A stretch of DNA of 61,049 nt, counting the filler. It is 11 parts of 11 records of this genome, joined end to end, with 100 filler letters (N's around TTAATTAATTAA, not from the genome) between each part and the next. Parts side by side here need not be neighbours in the genome. Positions count along the whole stretch, not along the records: positions 20,761 to 28,180 come from SRR7504441_20425; positions 28,281 to 32,088 come from SRR7504441_20434; positions 32,189 to 39,184 come from SRR7504441_20436; 8 more parts are not named here. One strand, given 5' to 3'. The position numbers and the translations under genes were made by a program. Shown in pieces: positions 22,544 to 35,174 of this stretch (position 1 is its first letter; each line of letters begins with the position of its first letter). The notes under the pieces were generated by a model. That model did not search any database, had not been told where the DNA came from, and saw only the letters and a list, made by a program, of their open reading frames with translations.

Positions 22544-25500
22544 ATGGCCCCCCTCGATCCCGTCCAGCCTGCGCAGCCCGCTGCGGTGCTGGGGGGCTCC
22601 GAGCTAACGGAGTGCGTGTTCAGCCAGTTTGTAGAGGCGGCCAATGGCTTCCGCGCCGGGCTGGATGACGGCCGGCTCCGGCGGGCCACCGGGGGGCTGG
22701 TGCGGGCCATCCGCGGTGACGGGGGCCAGCTGCTCGCACTGCTCGGCCGCTGGCGGACGGAGGCGCTGGCGGGGACCCAGGACCCGGAGTCGGTGGAGCT
22801 GACCTTCTGTGTATCCGTGTGCGTTGGGCTGGACTGCGCGATCTCCCTGGCGGGGAAGGACGATCGGGAGCGGCTTCGGCTGCTGGCAATGGGCCGGCTG
22901 GGCGCACACCCAGCGTACAGCGAGATGCTGGGCAAGCTCTCGCGCGGGTCCGGGTTTGAATCGGTGGCCCACCCGCTGGTGAATGAGATGCACAAGCGGC
23001 TGTCCAGTGACAAGCTCCGGCTTGAGGCTGTGGTGTTCGCCGGGGCGATCGGTCAAGTTGAGCTCCAGGTGGGGGCGCCCGAGAGCTGCACATGGCTTCG
23101 GCTGCTGCTGGAGGTGTTCCGCAACTCTAAGATCGTCGTGCTCAAGAGGGCGTTGATGGATGGGCTTACTGGCTGCCTCAGTCGCACGAGTGCAAGCAGC
23201 GCCGCCAAGGCTGCCCCGGGATGGGAGCCGCTGATCGCAGACTACTACGCCAAGATAGCCGAGTGGGCCAAGAAGAGCAAGCATGCCGAGGCGGCTGACC
23301 GGCTCAAGGGCGCGCTGCTGCTTGTTGCGCCCAGCCCTCTGTTTTCTGCGCAGGCCCCTGCGGCACTCACGGAGTTGCTCGATCGGTCAGTGGAGGCCAA
23401 GGCAGAGCCTGCCGTCCAGCTCCAGGCGATCGGAGCGGCGTGTATGTTGCTCCGTTGCTGGGTGGAGCAGCACGGTGGCTGGCCGTGCAGGCAGCCTCAC
23501 TGGGGCTGTGTGCAGGGACCGACCCGCCATCCCCTCAATTACTCCAAGCTGTGGACACAGCGTTCGCCTCCGAGCAGTCCCAGATTGCCCAGAGCTCCAA
23601 GGGCTTCTTCTCGAGCGCACCGCGTACTGTGCTTTCGTGCATCAGCTCGCAGCAGGCTGCAAGCAAGGTGGTCAGGCCACTTGAGCCCAGCCTGAGCGGT
23701 GTGCCAGCTAGTTGAACTCGGAGCGCAGATCGCACTCAAGGCCCCGACGCTGGGCTGGCAGCATATTATCTGCCCTCTGTTGCGGTCAGGCTCGCTCTAC
23801 AGCCGGGATGTGTCAACTGGGCTGCAAGTGCTGCTACAGGTGACCTCAGAGTGCGAGCCTGCCGAGGCGCTGCTGGCTGAGGCCATCCTGCCAATCGGCA
23901 GTCTGATCACCCGGCTCGGGGCGCTGTTAGGCTTAGTCGCCTCGGCAACGCCCAGCCCGGGCGGTTCCTCCAGCCATCTAGTGGACCTCTTTTGCGATGC
24001 GGTGGTCGCAATCCAAGCTGCGCCCATTCAAATGCTTGATCCGGTCGAGCTAGCGGCGTTGCTATGCAGGGCCGTGTTGCACCGGGACGTTCGAGTGGTC
24101 GAGGCCGCCCAAGGTGCGGGGCGCGCAGGGCTCTGGCCGATCATGGTCGGCAGGCGCAATCATGAAAATCTCGAGTCTGGCGCAGCATGTTGTTGCATTC
24201 TTTGCTGGGCCTCTGGCGTGGCCACAGCTTGAACAGCACCCGGAGCAGCTTGAAGCAGTGCTTCACATGCTCCAGGAACTGGCAGCCGTGCAGGCCGCGC
24301 ATCCAGTGGAGCTTTTGCTCGAGATGGAGGCAGTCGGCCTTCAGGCGACGTGCGTGTCTAGAGCACGGCAAGCTGCTCACCTGCTCATTAGGCAGCTCGA
24401 TTCGTCGGCCTGCTTCGCAAACGACGGGGTTGAATGGGATTACTCTGACTACACTCGGCTGCACAATAGACGAGCAGTCGAGCTGGCGTTTGCTGCTGCC
24501 AGTGTCGCATGTGCACGGCTCTGGTCGAACAGCTTCGCTTGCTGTGAACACGCAGTCCAATGGGCGCAATACGCCAGGTTTATGTGCAAATCAGCCACAT
24601 CACTGCCGGAGATCGAACAGCTTCTGGCCGCAGCGTGCTCGCTGCTGACGAGCGAATCCCTGCCCATCTGTCAGATCAGTGCACGGGTCCTTGAAGCAGT
24701 ACAACCACACATGCTGCCCGCGGCACTTTCTGCACTTTCCCGTTACGAAAAGGATCTGTGGTCATGCCCAGGCCAGAAAAATGCCGGTGGAAAACTGGAT
24801 GCATCCAGAGCCGCGTTGGCGGGCGTTTATGTAGCAATCGCATCCGTGGTGTGCTCTGCAAAAGAGCGGGATCCAGAGTTGGAGCAGGCCTGTGTCCGAA
24901 TGATTCAGCAAGTCGTCCAAGAGATCGAGAGTGGCATACTGGGACTAGAGCAGATAGCACTGTGCACTAGTGCGTGCCAGTTGACACCTGTCATGCAATT
25001 TGCTCGCGATGACGCAACTCAGCTGCGGAATTCGCTGCTGGATCTGTGCCAGAACTGGTGTGATGGTGGCCTCGGCAAGGACAGGTCGAGTACATTCGTA
25101 GCAGGCATTAAACCCAGCCAAAGAGAAGCACTAAAGGGACAGGTGATTGCTTAACCCAGCTGTTTTCTGATCTATGTTCCCAGGCATATTCAGCAATGGA
25201 AGTCATGCTCAAGACAATATCTCCGTTGCCTGTGAAAGTGCTCGACTGGATCGATGCCCAAATACTATCCAGCAGCAACCAATTGGAAATGCTCAGCGGT
25301 GCTCTGCCCTCGATGATACAACGCAATATATCGCTGGTGCCATATTGCACAGAGCGGTGCTTCCACAGCGAGTTGGCAGTAAGCAGTCAGTACGTGCGAT
25401 CCTTGGCAGAGGCTTGCCAGTCCAAGCTGATCGCTGAGCCAGCTGTAGTGGCTGCAGTGGCGCTCAATCACTTGGGCAACCCAGAGATCGAAGCGCAGCA

Positions 25501-27737
25501 AGCAGCCATCAAGCTGTTGCAAGGGGTGGCCCATGCTTATAATCAGAGCCCGTGGCTGCTAGTCAGCAACGCCCAGGGCATTTTGTTCGAGGTGGGTGGG
25601 AGTGGATCGGTTCCTGCTGCGATGGCGGCCGACTTGAGTGAAGAAAGCTCAAAAGCTGTGCTCGAGCACTTGCTTGTTAGGTTGCGTTGCTCGCCAAATC
25701 AATCAGGGTCGCGAAGATTGCTTGATTGTACTGCTGCGTTTTGCAGCAAGCTTCATTCGATGGTTGACGAAAATGGCTGCGTTCAGCAACCTTTACTTAC
25801 CAACATGGTGCATGTATCTAGCGTACACATGGGCTCTTACCCTAGGCGTGTGCTGTCGATCTGGCGGGCGCTGGCCCAGGCATGCATCGAGAGGATAGGC
25901 TGCTTGGTTGAAGCCATTTTGAAATTGGCCCAGAACCAAGCGTCAATTGAAGTGGCAACTCTAGCGATTATTGGGATGCGGTCTGTGGATTCGTGTGCAA
26001 CTATTGCTGCGCTTACATTGCCATGGGCCGCTATTCAGGTGCCCTCAGTTTAATAGGTTCATAAGCGGTAAGTTGAGGATGCAACAGGTGCAAGAGAAGC
26101 CTCCTTGTACTGATTTCTGTAAGTTTGAGTATCAGCATAATGGATGGATGGTGGGCGCCACTGATGACCTGTCTAAAGTTGCCCCTGGTTCCAAGAATAG
26201 GCTTGTCTGGATTGACGCAGCATCCAGTTACACAACGGTGCTCAGCCACCCCCTGAAGGACTCGGACGCTTGCACTATGCCTGGCGCAGCAGGGCCACAA
26301 TCAGAAGCTGCACTATCCTCAGCAGAGCTTGCATTACTAATTCTGCCGGCCGTGGTGTCTGGTCTTGATGATGTGCTCCTGCCTCACCTAGCGTCACTAT
26401 TTCATGGTATATTCATGTGTACTGGACATTCAAATCTAGAGCTCAATCGCAGTGCTGCCAAACTGCTTGCAATCCTGCTAGATGCGCTAGTGCTGAGACC
26501 AGCGTCTGTAGATGGCTCATCAGCGTCAGTGAGTATGAAAGTCCAACCTTTGCTGGATGCCTGTGACAAAGCTATGGCCTCGAAACTACCAGGTGTGCCA
26601 CTATGGTCATACCTAAGTCAGAACAATATTCCAGACGCCAAGGAGGCGCTGCACGTCATGGTTCGAGGGTCTGTGCTTTTAATGCCGCAGGCCTCGCGGC
26701 TGGCAGCAAGCTGGCTCGATCTGTTGGTGACGGCAGCTCCAGTCCCGGAGCACTCCACAAGGGCCCTGCAACTGCTACAAGCTCTCTCTCGACATTGCAA
26801 TCACGCACACCTGAACTTGCTTTCGGCCCAGCTTGAAGGGCTGCTCGATTCCGACGAGCATGAGCGCGCATCTCAGCATCTGCAGTCAATCAGTGCCGTC
26901 GTTCAAGTGCAGGGCTCGAACGAGCTATGCTTGTGCCCAGCCCTGTTCTGGACGGTAGTCGGCTTGTTGTTCGGCCAAGAACCATTGTATTCTCATGCGT
27001 TGCAGCTTCTCGGCTCTGTAGTGCAGCAGCTAGTGTTGGATCAATTGCTTGTACAGGACATTTTGCTGGCACTGGCTCCAATTGAATCAAGCTGCTGGGT
27101 TGGGCTGCAGCCATTGCTGTTTAGAGCTCTTTGTGATGTGCGCAGCAGCAAGAGACGCGAGATATCCACCGCCTTGCTCTTGAAACTGGCAGAGCTCCCT
27201 GCCCCTATGGTGGACCCGAGCCCGATGCGGCATTGCATGCTTGTGCTAGTATTGCTCCCTGAGCTCCACAGCAAGTACGAAATTCAAGCAGTCTCAAGTC
27301 AATTGACGGCTATGGTCAAGAGGCAAGGCTACACTGAACTGGGACATCGACTCGCACAGAGGCTAGAGAGCTCACACAGGTAGGACGGATCAAATATCCG
27401 TAACCCTGCCCGCGCGTGTATCGACTGTGTGTGGGGTAGGTGGCTACAAAAAATATGCGAAGAGTTATGCCGCATTGGCCCCGAGGACTTCTTTAGTACT
27501 GCTCTGTACACTCTTGGGCAAATGATAAAGTTTGCTGATCTCAACAAATCCTTGGATGCACCTCTTGTGCCACACGTGCTCGAGACTGTGAAGTGTCTAC
27601 TAGAGGTGAGAAAAGTAGCAGACAAGAGCGAATCAGAGGCAGTCACGCAGCTGTGCAGCAATGTGTATCGGCTCAAGGAAGATGGCTTGCAGTGTCATGT
27701 GATGTCACTACTAGACACATGGGCTCAACGATGGTGA
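22544..27737 (+). CDS. Furry/TAO3/MOR2-like HEAT-repeat scaffold protein
   Basis: About 1600 aa over six exons with GT-AG introns. WAQYARFMC, HLASLFHGIF, LFWTVVGLL..LYSHALQLL and WVGLQPLLFRAL resemble conserved Furry/Tao3 blocks. Confidence 0.65.
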
Positions 27738-28180
27738 TATCTAGGCGATATTAAAGGATCTTGACATATATTCGCTTAAGCACTTCCATTGAAGGTCCCT
27801 CGTGTATTAAACGTACTCGTACATAATAAAACCTTGAGCTATGTAACTCTCCATCTACTGTAGGCATCTACGAGTACTCTTTACTCGTATTAACTCTCTA
27901 CGTATTGATCTGGTGATGTTCTAATTCCCCCCTCCCGCAAAGGATGTCCGCTCCGGCCGCGGGTCCATCTTCCCCCACGTCCCCGTTACGTCCCCGTGCG
28001 TGGACGGTCCTGGTATGACAGGTATGTACGTTTATGGGCTGAGTGACAAACGGCGATGGCTGTCGTGAGCAGCCCGGCAAATGTGAATTCGGAGCGTGGG
28101 TCGGGGCTCGGTTGTCCGTTCGGCGTGCGCCGCGAGCTGATGAACGCGTGGCCGAGCGTGTTCGACATGCTGCCTTGGAA

Positions 28181-28280
28181 NNNNNNNNNNNNNNNNNNNN
28201 NNNNNNNNNNNNNNNNNNNNNNNNTTAATTAATTAANNNNNNNNNNNNNNNNNNNNNNNNNNNNNNNNNNNNNNNNNNNN
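28181..28280. other. Artificial contig linker
   Basis: 44N-TTAATTAATTAA-44N. Confidence 0.98.
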
Positions 28281-28619
28281 CCCATGTTGTCAACATAGTC
28301 AACATGGGGTGTAATTCGAATCACTGCCCTGGAGCACATCCGCCCGTAGCTTTTGTCTTGTACCTTGGCTGTTGAGTGCGCGCCTGTTTTTTGCTGTTGC
28401 AGCCATGCAGAGCACGGCCTTGGTGTCCCTGAAGGCCGCCGGGATCGGCTGAGCTGGGCGGCAGGTCTCGTCGGCCGATCCGCGGCCCGGGCTGGTGCGC
28501 AACTTGTCCCAGGGTGCCCGGCGGGCGGCGGCCCGGGAGTCGATGATCGAGCACCACTTTGACTCGAAGGCGGTCGGGCCGCTGGCGGGGCCGGGCTGAG
28601 CTGGGGGCAGGTAACGGAC

Positions 28620-30064
28620 ATGCAGCTCCGGGCCCACCTGCGGCGGAAGACCGAGGCGAACGATCCGCTGGCCACCTCGCCCCGGGGCGCGCGCGGGGAT
28701 CTCGTGGGCAACACACTCAGCGACTGGCGGCGGTGGCACCAGCCCGGATGCATTGAGAGAGGCAGCCGGGAGCGGGCGGGGCTGATATCCGGCCCCGCCG
28801 CGCCCGAAAGGACGGCGCAGGCGGCGGATTTCGAGCAGTGCAACGGCTGGTTAGGTCGCAGCCTTGAGGAGAGCCCGCGGCAGGCCGAGCTCGAGGAGCT
28901 GCGGGACGACGTCCTGCTGGAGGCTATGCGGCTGGAGGACGGGCTGGCCGCGCTGAGGGGGCCGGAGGAGATCTGCCTCTACCTGGTCGAGCTCTGCCGG
29001 CCGGGTGGGCTGCTCGTGGTCCCGGAGGGCGACGCTCAGAGCTCACTCATGCCGGCGCACATAGTGAAGGCAAATAAGCCGGTGAGTGTGGCACATGAGG
29101 GCCGCCGGGAGCTTCTGCAAGTGCTGGAGAGCGCGCTGGGCCAGCTGGTCCAGATGCAACGGGTAAGCACCAAGCGCGGGCCCAAGGGGTTCCCGGAGCT
29201 TATCGAAGTAGCACACAAGGCCGCTGCGAGCATTGCGGGCGCTCTCAAGAAGTTCGGGGAGCGGGCCGGGCTGGTGGCGATCAAGCAGGGCAACCTGGCG
29301 GCGCTGGAGGGGCTGTTGGCCGTCTGGGAGCGCAGTTTGGTGTGCAGCGTGCCCAACTTATTGTCGGAGATCGACCCACTCGAGATGTTCCAGACTGCCG
29401 TCTTCCAAGGCCAGCTCGAGTGTGCACAGACAATCCTGGCCAAATTCCCCAACGCCGGCCTGCTGGCCCGGGTGCCCCGCCGGCCTGCGGTCAGGCCGAC
29501 TGAGGGGCAGTTATCGCGAGATGGCACCGCGCTCCACCTCGCAGCTCTCACGGGGGAGCCTCGAATGCTTCGCTTCCTGCTGGACAACGGTCGCTCTCGG
29601 TTGTTGTGCGGCAGCGCTGAGAGGCCCCGGGCAGGCGGCGATGTGAACGCCAGCTCGAGCGGTTATGATGTGCACGTGGCCGGTTGCGATAAGGTGGCTA
29701 ACCAGCCGGTCGGCCTGCTGAGAGTGAGGCAGGTCCGCGAGGTCAGTCAGTTGAGCGTGGCGGATGTGCCTTGGCGGCACCACCAGAAACTGCAGGAGTT
29801 CTCGCCGAGCGACGTGTATCATGAGTTCTGTCCGTTCAAGCATCAGGTGGCTGGGACCGAGGGTGAGCTCGACTCTCTCGGGGGCAGGCGGCGTACGCTG
29901 GGCAGCCGGAGGTTGGGGTCATGCTCGAGGGGCGGCTGGGGCTGCGGCATGGAGTGGACAAGCTGGCGAGCACCTGGGTCTGGTGGGACGCCGTGTCGGG
30001 CGAGCAGCATCCAGTTGATTGGGAGCTCGCTAAGAAGCTCAAGAGCGCCGCCATGGAGGACTGA
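28620..30064 (+). CDS. Ankyrin-repeat-containing protein
   Basis: GTALHLAALTGEPRMLRFLLDNG-GDVNA. Three short GT-AG introns. Last exon ends KSAAMED*. Confidence 0.7.
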
Positions 30065-30257
30065 TCGAGAGATTGGGTGGTTACAAGATTGCTTAATACA
30101 TGTAGTATGAATAAACTGGTTGATTATTAGTTGATTATTGTACAGTCAGATTCAGAGGCCTCGAAATACTCGTACGTACGAGTAGTACTCGTAGACTCGA
30201 ATCTGGCATGCGCCCAGCTTTGGTTCTAAACTTAACAAATTACGGTGATCCTGATAG

Positions 30258-31031
30258 TCAGATCTTTATCTTCGTTGGGAATTGCTCAGCGTCTCCCAAC
30301 GGCGAGGTGACCAATCTGACCGGGCTCTTGGGACTCTCCGGGGCCGCCGGATACACTCGCTTGGGCCCCAGCTTGCGCTCGTTCCTGGCCTTCACGGAGT
30401 AACCGCCGAACCGGAAGTCGCCCGGCGTGCTCTTGGCCCCGCGCTCGGGCTGTGTGTAGACCAGCTGGCAGCCGCCGACGGCCAGGTCGCCCACCCTTAG
30501 CCAGTCGCTGAGCGGCCGGGTCTCGTCCACCACTCGGGTGGGCCCGGCTGAGTATGCTAGCACGGCCTGGCCTGGCGGGCAGGCCAGCCCGGACTCGGCG
30601 AAGACCGCCCCGCGCAGCTGCTGCATGGTGATGTCCGTTGAGACGGTCAGAACCAGGTCGTTCCCCGAGAGCCGCGCGCCCCAGTGGCTGGTCAACGCCA
30701 CGTCGATCAGGTCCTCCGCCATTGGGTCCAGCGCCGGCCGGGCGGCCCCGGCGGGCGGTGGGGCCTCCACCTGCCCGGCGCCCGTCTGCAGCCTCTCTGT
30801 AGAGCCTTCGCACCCCGCCAACATGGTGCGAGCGAACAGCGCTTCCGCCGCCGCCGTTCCCTCGCGTATTCCGAGACGCGTGGGGTCAGCGACAGCCGCC
30901 CGGACTTGGCTGAGTTTCTCTTGCAGCGACATCTCGTTCGGCCACAGTCTGGCTGCCGCCGCCTCCTCCTCGGCCTTTTCCGCGTACCACCGGTCGCACT
31001 CCTGCTCACAGCGTGGAGTCCAGTTCGGCAT
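30258..31031 (-). CDS. Hypothetical protein with possible ubiquitin-like C-terminal domain
   Basis: 257-aa ORF. LTVSTDITMQQLRGAVF..SGL..PGQAVLAY...DETRPLSDW resembles a beta-grasp fold. Confidence 0.6.
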   Translation of the reverse strand: MPNWTPRCEQECDRWYAEKAEEEAAAARLWPNEMSLQEKLSQVRAAVADPTRLGIREGTAAAEALFARTMLAGCEGSTERLQTGAGQVEAPPPAGAARPALDPMAEDLIDVALTSHWGARLSGNDLVLTVSTDITMQQLRGAVFAESGLACPPGQAVLAYSAGPTRVVDETRPLSDWLRVGDLAVGGCQLVYTQPERGAKSTPGDFRFGGYSVKARNERKLGPKRVYPAAPESPKSPVRLVTSPLGDAEQFPTKIKI

Positions 31032-31126
31032 GTCCCCCAGGCGGCCAGCCCCCAGCGTCTACTTTCCGTTGGGCGGCCGTTGCCGTTCCTCGCTCGGTGG
31101 CTCTTGATCGCCCTGCCGGATTGACC

Positions 31127-31847
31127 ATGCTTCGGTACGCCGAGATCGGGGCGCTCACGGTTGGGGCATGCGGGGTGAGCGCGCTGTGCACGCTGCTCGA
31201 CCCGCGGGCCGGGGTCATGCTAGACGGCTTCCGAAGGGACAAATACGTAGCCTCGATGGTGTGGCAGCTCCTGGTGTTGCCCTTGTGCGCTCCCCCGGCC
31301 GGGCTGGACTGACCGGACCCCCAGGTGCCTGGGGATGATGCTCGGACCGGGGGACGCGGCCAGCCTGGTCGGGTTCTTGGGCTTTTGCAACAAGGGACGG
31401 GCTGCGCTGGGCTGGGGGCTGTATTTAGACGCACTGACGGCCTCTCAGCTCAAGGACTTCGTGACCAGCCCACTGACGCTCTGGCGGAGCAAGAAGATGC
31501 TGGTGCACCACCTGCTGGTCATGTTCTGCGCGATGGCCGCTGAGCGGCTCCCGGCCTGCTGCGGCGCCTTTATCGTGTCCACCTTCGCCTTGGAGCTCGG
31601 GAGCGCCTGTTTCAACCTCAACACGCTCATGCCCGACAGCCGGCCGGTGTGGGTGCTGTACCAGGTGGGCATGCCGCTCTCGCACCTGGCGGCGCTCTGG
31701 ATGACGTACATCCAATCGGTGGGCGCAATCCCGATGTGGGTCAAAGTTGTGTATGGCGCAATAGGCGTTGGCGTGATGATAGGTCGGCAGCAAGCCGCGC
31801 TCCATCGGTGGCATCCCCGCCCGGCCCCGGAGCCCAAGTCCGAATGA
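31127..31847 (+). CDS. TLC (TRAM/LAG1/CLN8)-domain membrane protein
   Basis: Multiple transmembrane segments. MLVHHLLV and LELGSACFNL motifs. GT-AG intron 31285-31324. Confidence 0.7.
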
Positions 31848-32088
31848 GCTTGGCCTCCTCCGCGGCGCCTTGCCGTACAAACGAAAACTGTGCATGTACA
31901 ATAAACATGATTCCAAAATTGAAAATCCGTTGAGACATGGCGGTTGGGCCCGTGATGGCAGACGCCTAGAGTGATGCCCGAAACTCGTGGCCCGCCCCGC
32001 CCGGAGCGGCTCCCGCCCCGCCGGTCCGCCCGCCTGCTTGGCCTTCAGCTGGAGGTCCAAGCCGAGGAGGGCTGGCGGTTGGTGCAGC

Positions 32089-32188
32089 NNNNNNNNNNNN
32101 NNNNNNNNNNNNNNNNNNNNNNNNNNNNNNNNTTAATTAATTAANNNNNNNNNNNNNNNNNNNNNNNNNNNNNNNNNNNNNNNNNNNN
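32089..32188. other. Artificial contig linker
   Basis: 44N-TTAATTAATTAA-44N. Confidence 0.98.
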
Positions 32189-32204
32189 AAGTAATAGCGG
32201 CTAG

Positions 32205-34938
32205 GCGCTGGCGCGAGCGCACAGGATTGGCCAGCAGAAGAAGGTCATGATATACAGGCTGGTGGCACGTGGGACGGTCGAGGAGCGGGTGCTACAGAAG
32301 GCCAAGAAGAAAATGATGCTCGAGGAGATCGTGGTGCGTCGGCTGGACAAGAAGCACTCGATGAACAGGGATGAGCTCGAGGACATCCTCAAGTACGGCA
32401 CCTCGAAGCTGTTTGCAGAGGGCGCCGCCCAGGACCAGCTCGGGTATACGGATGAGGCGCTGGACCACTTGTTGGATCGTGACCAGCACATGGACGAGAG
32501 CTGTGAACAGGTCCAGCCCGACACAAGTGTCCGAGCTGAGCCAGTGGGGACAGCCTGAAGGGGGCGGTTGGCTGGCGTCGTTCAATGTGGCGCAGCTGGC
32601 GACGGAGCAAGCGGATGGTGAGGAGGGTGGTCTGGTGGTTGAACCTCTCCGGGTGAGTTGTGGCTGAGGATGGCCACGTAACCTGCTGGTGGCAGGAGAG
32701 CGACGACGAGCCTACTGTGGAGGGGCAAGAGTACTGGGACGATTTACTGGGGGATGAGTACCAGCTCACAGTGGCCACGACGCTTGGCAAGGGCAAGAGG
32801 GAGCGCAAGCAGGTGGCACCCACACCCGTACTGGGCTGCATTGTGTGGTAGGTGCTTCCAATCAACATGGCGGCCGTAGACGAGGACAACAAACCGAGCA
32901 AGAAGGCTAAGACCGCCTGCGAGGTGGACACACGCCCTCGAATCGCTCTGAGCACAGCCAGGTGGTGGATCCGACCTGCAAGCTCCAGACGTTTCATGGC
33001 AAGGGAGCTCGAATTTATGGCTTCAGCCTCACGGATCGGAAAAAGTTCCTGCAAAACCTGCTCAGGCGCTAGCCTCATCTACGCCTGACATTGACCGGCG
33101 TTCCCAGACTCGGACTGCGGCCTCGTAGTTGGAATCGGTTCGTGGAGCAAGCCGAGGGCCTGCAGCACAAGACGCTGCACGAGGCAGAGCGGCGGGCTCT
33201 GTCGACTCGTGAGCCGATTGCAGGTGCGGAACTACGGGGACGTGCTACTCGAGCACCTTGCTGAGCCCAGCGACCCAGCGCTCGAGAGCTTCGCAGATGG
33301 GTGCCCGAGGGACCGAATAGACTCGGCAGATGTGCTCACCAAGCTGGCAATGCAGGCACGTTATCTTCCCTTTTGCCAGTTTTCTTCTGTCGACAGTCGT
33401 CATGCGCCGTAATTGGTCAAAGGACTCCATTCTGCGGGTCGTATCCGTGTCGTATCTGTCGACAGTCGAATCTCTGTCTATCGACAGCCTAGGGCTGAGT
33501 TGGGTGCACAGGAGATGCTCGACGACAAGCTCGCGGAATGCCCCACTGTGGAGCGATTCATCGAGGTCGGGATCGAGCATGAAGGGCTGGCGACGAAGCT
33601 GCAGACTGAGTTGGAGCAGACCAAGTGGACGGTAGAGGACGATTACCATCTATTGCAGGGCCTATCAGAGCACGGGCTGATGCAGTGGCGTAAGATCATG
33701 ACAGACTCAAGCCTCGGGTTGCTCACACCATGCTACCTTCGAACAGGCATACCACAGACCAAGCCTCACGCGGTCACGCCGGAGGGTTACGAAACATACC
33801 CCGAAGGAGAGGTCGCTGAGCCAGCTGCCGAGCCGGCCGCCGCCGCTCCAGAGGAGCCGCTCGAAGTCGAGCCGGAGCCGGAGCTGGAGCCGCCCGAGCC
33901 TGAGCCCGAGCTGACAGACGAGGAGGCCCAGCAGAAGGTGTGGGCCCCAAGGCGCGCAGGCACGGTGAGCAACGGCCAGGTGAGTCGCCATGGGGGGCAC
34001 GGGGAGTTGCTGCAGCTGAGTGCAGAGTTTCTCCAGCACCTAGTCAGACTGAGTGACCCAGAGCGCACTCGCTGGACCGCCTTGGGCGAGCTGTGCTGGT
34101 TGAAGCAGGGCACGATGCCCTGGTGGCCGTGCCAGGTGCAGTACGGCCCGCAGTGGAGTCTTACTCGTGGCAGGTGGTGCCGATGCCTAAAGGGCAGGAG
34201 GCGCGGGACGAGTGGATCTGGGTGTTTAACTTTGGTACAATGGACTACTCGACAGTCAGAGAGAGCTCGCCCAAGCTGCAGTCGTTCCGAGCCCAGTACA
34301 AGACAATGATAGAGCAGAACATTCCCACTGAGAATCGCTATCTGGCTTCGGGCCGAGAGAACTGGTACCAGGCGGTGGCAGCCGCACTCCACTTTGAAGG
34401 GCAGCACATTGCAGCCGCGATCAAACGGGATGAGCTCGCTAAGCAGCAGGAGGCCGAGGCCTCCGGGTTTGTGATCCATCAAGCCACGTACAAGGCGCTC
34501 GCCCAGTGCCTGCGCAACCGGTTCGAGACTTTACGGGAGGCGCTGCTGCATGAGTATCTGCACCGGCACCCGGAGATGGACCTGGCCTCCGACTCCGAGG
34601 ACGAGGCCTCACTGGAGCCTGTGTTCTCGCCCGAGCCGGCAACGAGGTTCAGGCAAGCGCTCCAGCTGCTTCTGAGCATCGAGGTCGCTTCGGGCGCCCG
34701 GGAGTTCTTTCTGGGGTTGCACTCGCAGGCTGCGGAGCAGAGTGAGCGCGCGTCGGTGCTGGCTGTGTGGGAGGAGATTGCCGGCGAGCCTACGAGCACA
34801 ACACATGTGGCGGGCAGGCTGTTAGATCAGGTAAGCCACCGGTTGTTGCTGGACACGCTGCGAGAGACGGCTGGTGATAGACTGCCGGTTGGCTGGTTAG
34901 AGGAATTAGAGGGATTTGCCGTGCCATGCTTGAATTAA
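32205..34938 (+). CDS. CHD3/CHD4 (Mi-2/PICKLE)-type chromatin remodeller, C-terminal part, with PWWP domain; 5' partial
   Basis: [48 protein letters not shown] (DUF1087), HLAEP..FADGCP (DUF1086), [17 protein letters not shown] and PWWPC. Contains three GC-AG introns. Confidence 0.88.
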
Positions 34939-35174
34939 TTAAAAGGCAACAAAATGGGAACCTAGTTATCTAATTCTTCATCGTGTTTGTCACCTACTTC
35001 TTCCCATGCTGCGTGGGTATCTAATAGCTCGGAAGGGATTACCTAGTTTAACTTAACCTTAACCTAACCTAACTTACGTACTCGTACGAGTCAGTACTAG
35101 TATACCGTACTGACTCACTGATTACTTAAATGCTTGCAACTATGCCTGCAAGATGAACAATGACAGTAATACCA

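Noticed and set aside
27898-28180. Possible gene fragment at the contig end
   Set aside because: Short ORFs on both strands with no recognisable motif; strand and frame cannot be fixed.
31937-32088. Possible 3' end of a minus-strand gene
   Set aside because: Too short and truncated by the linker to support a call.
35047-35074. TAACCT/CCTAA run as telomeric repeat
   Set aside because: Only about four degenerate units, internal to a convergent spacer.
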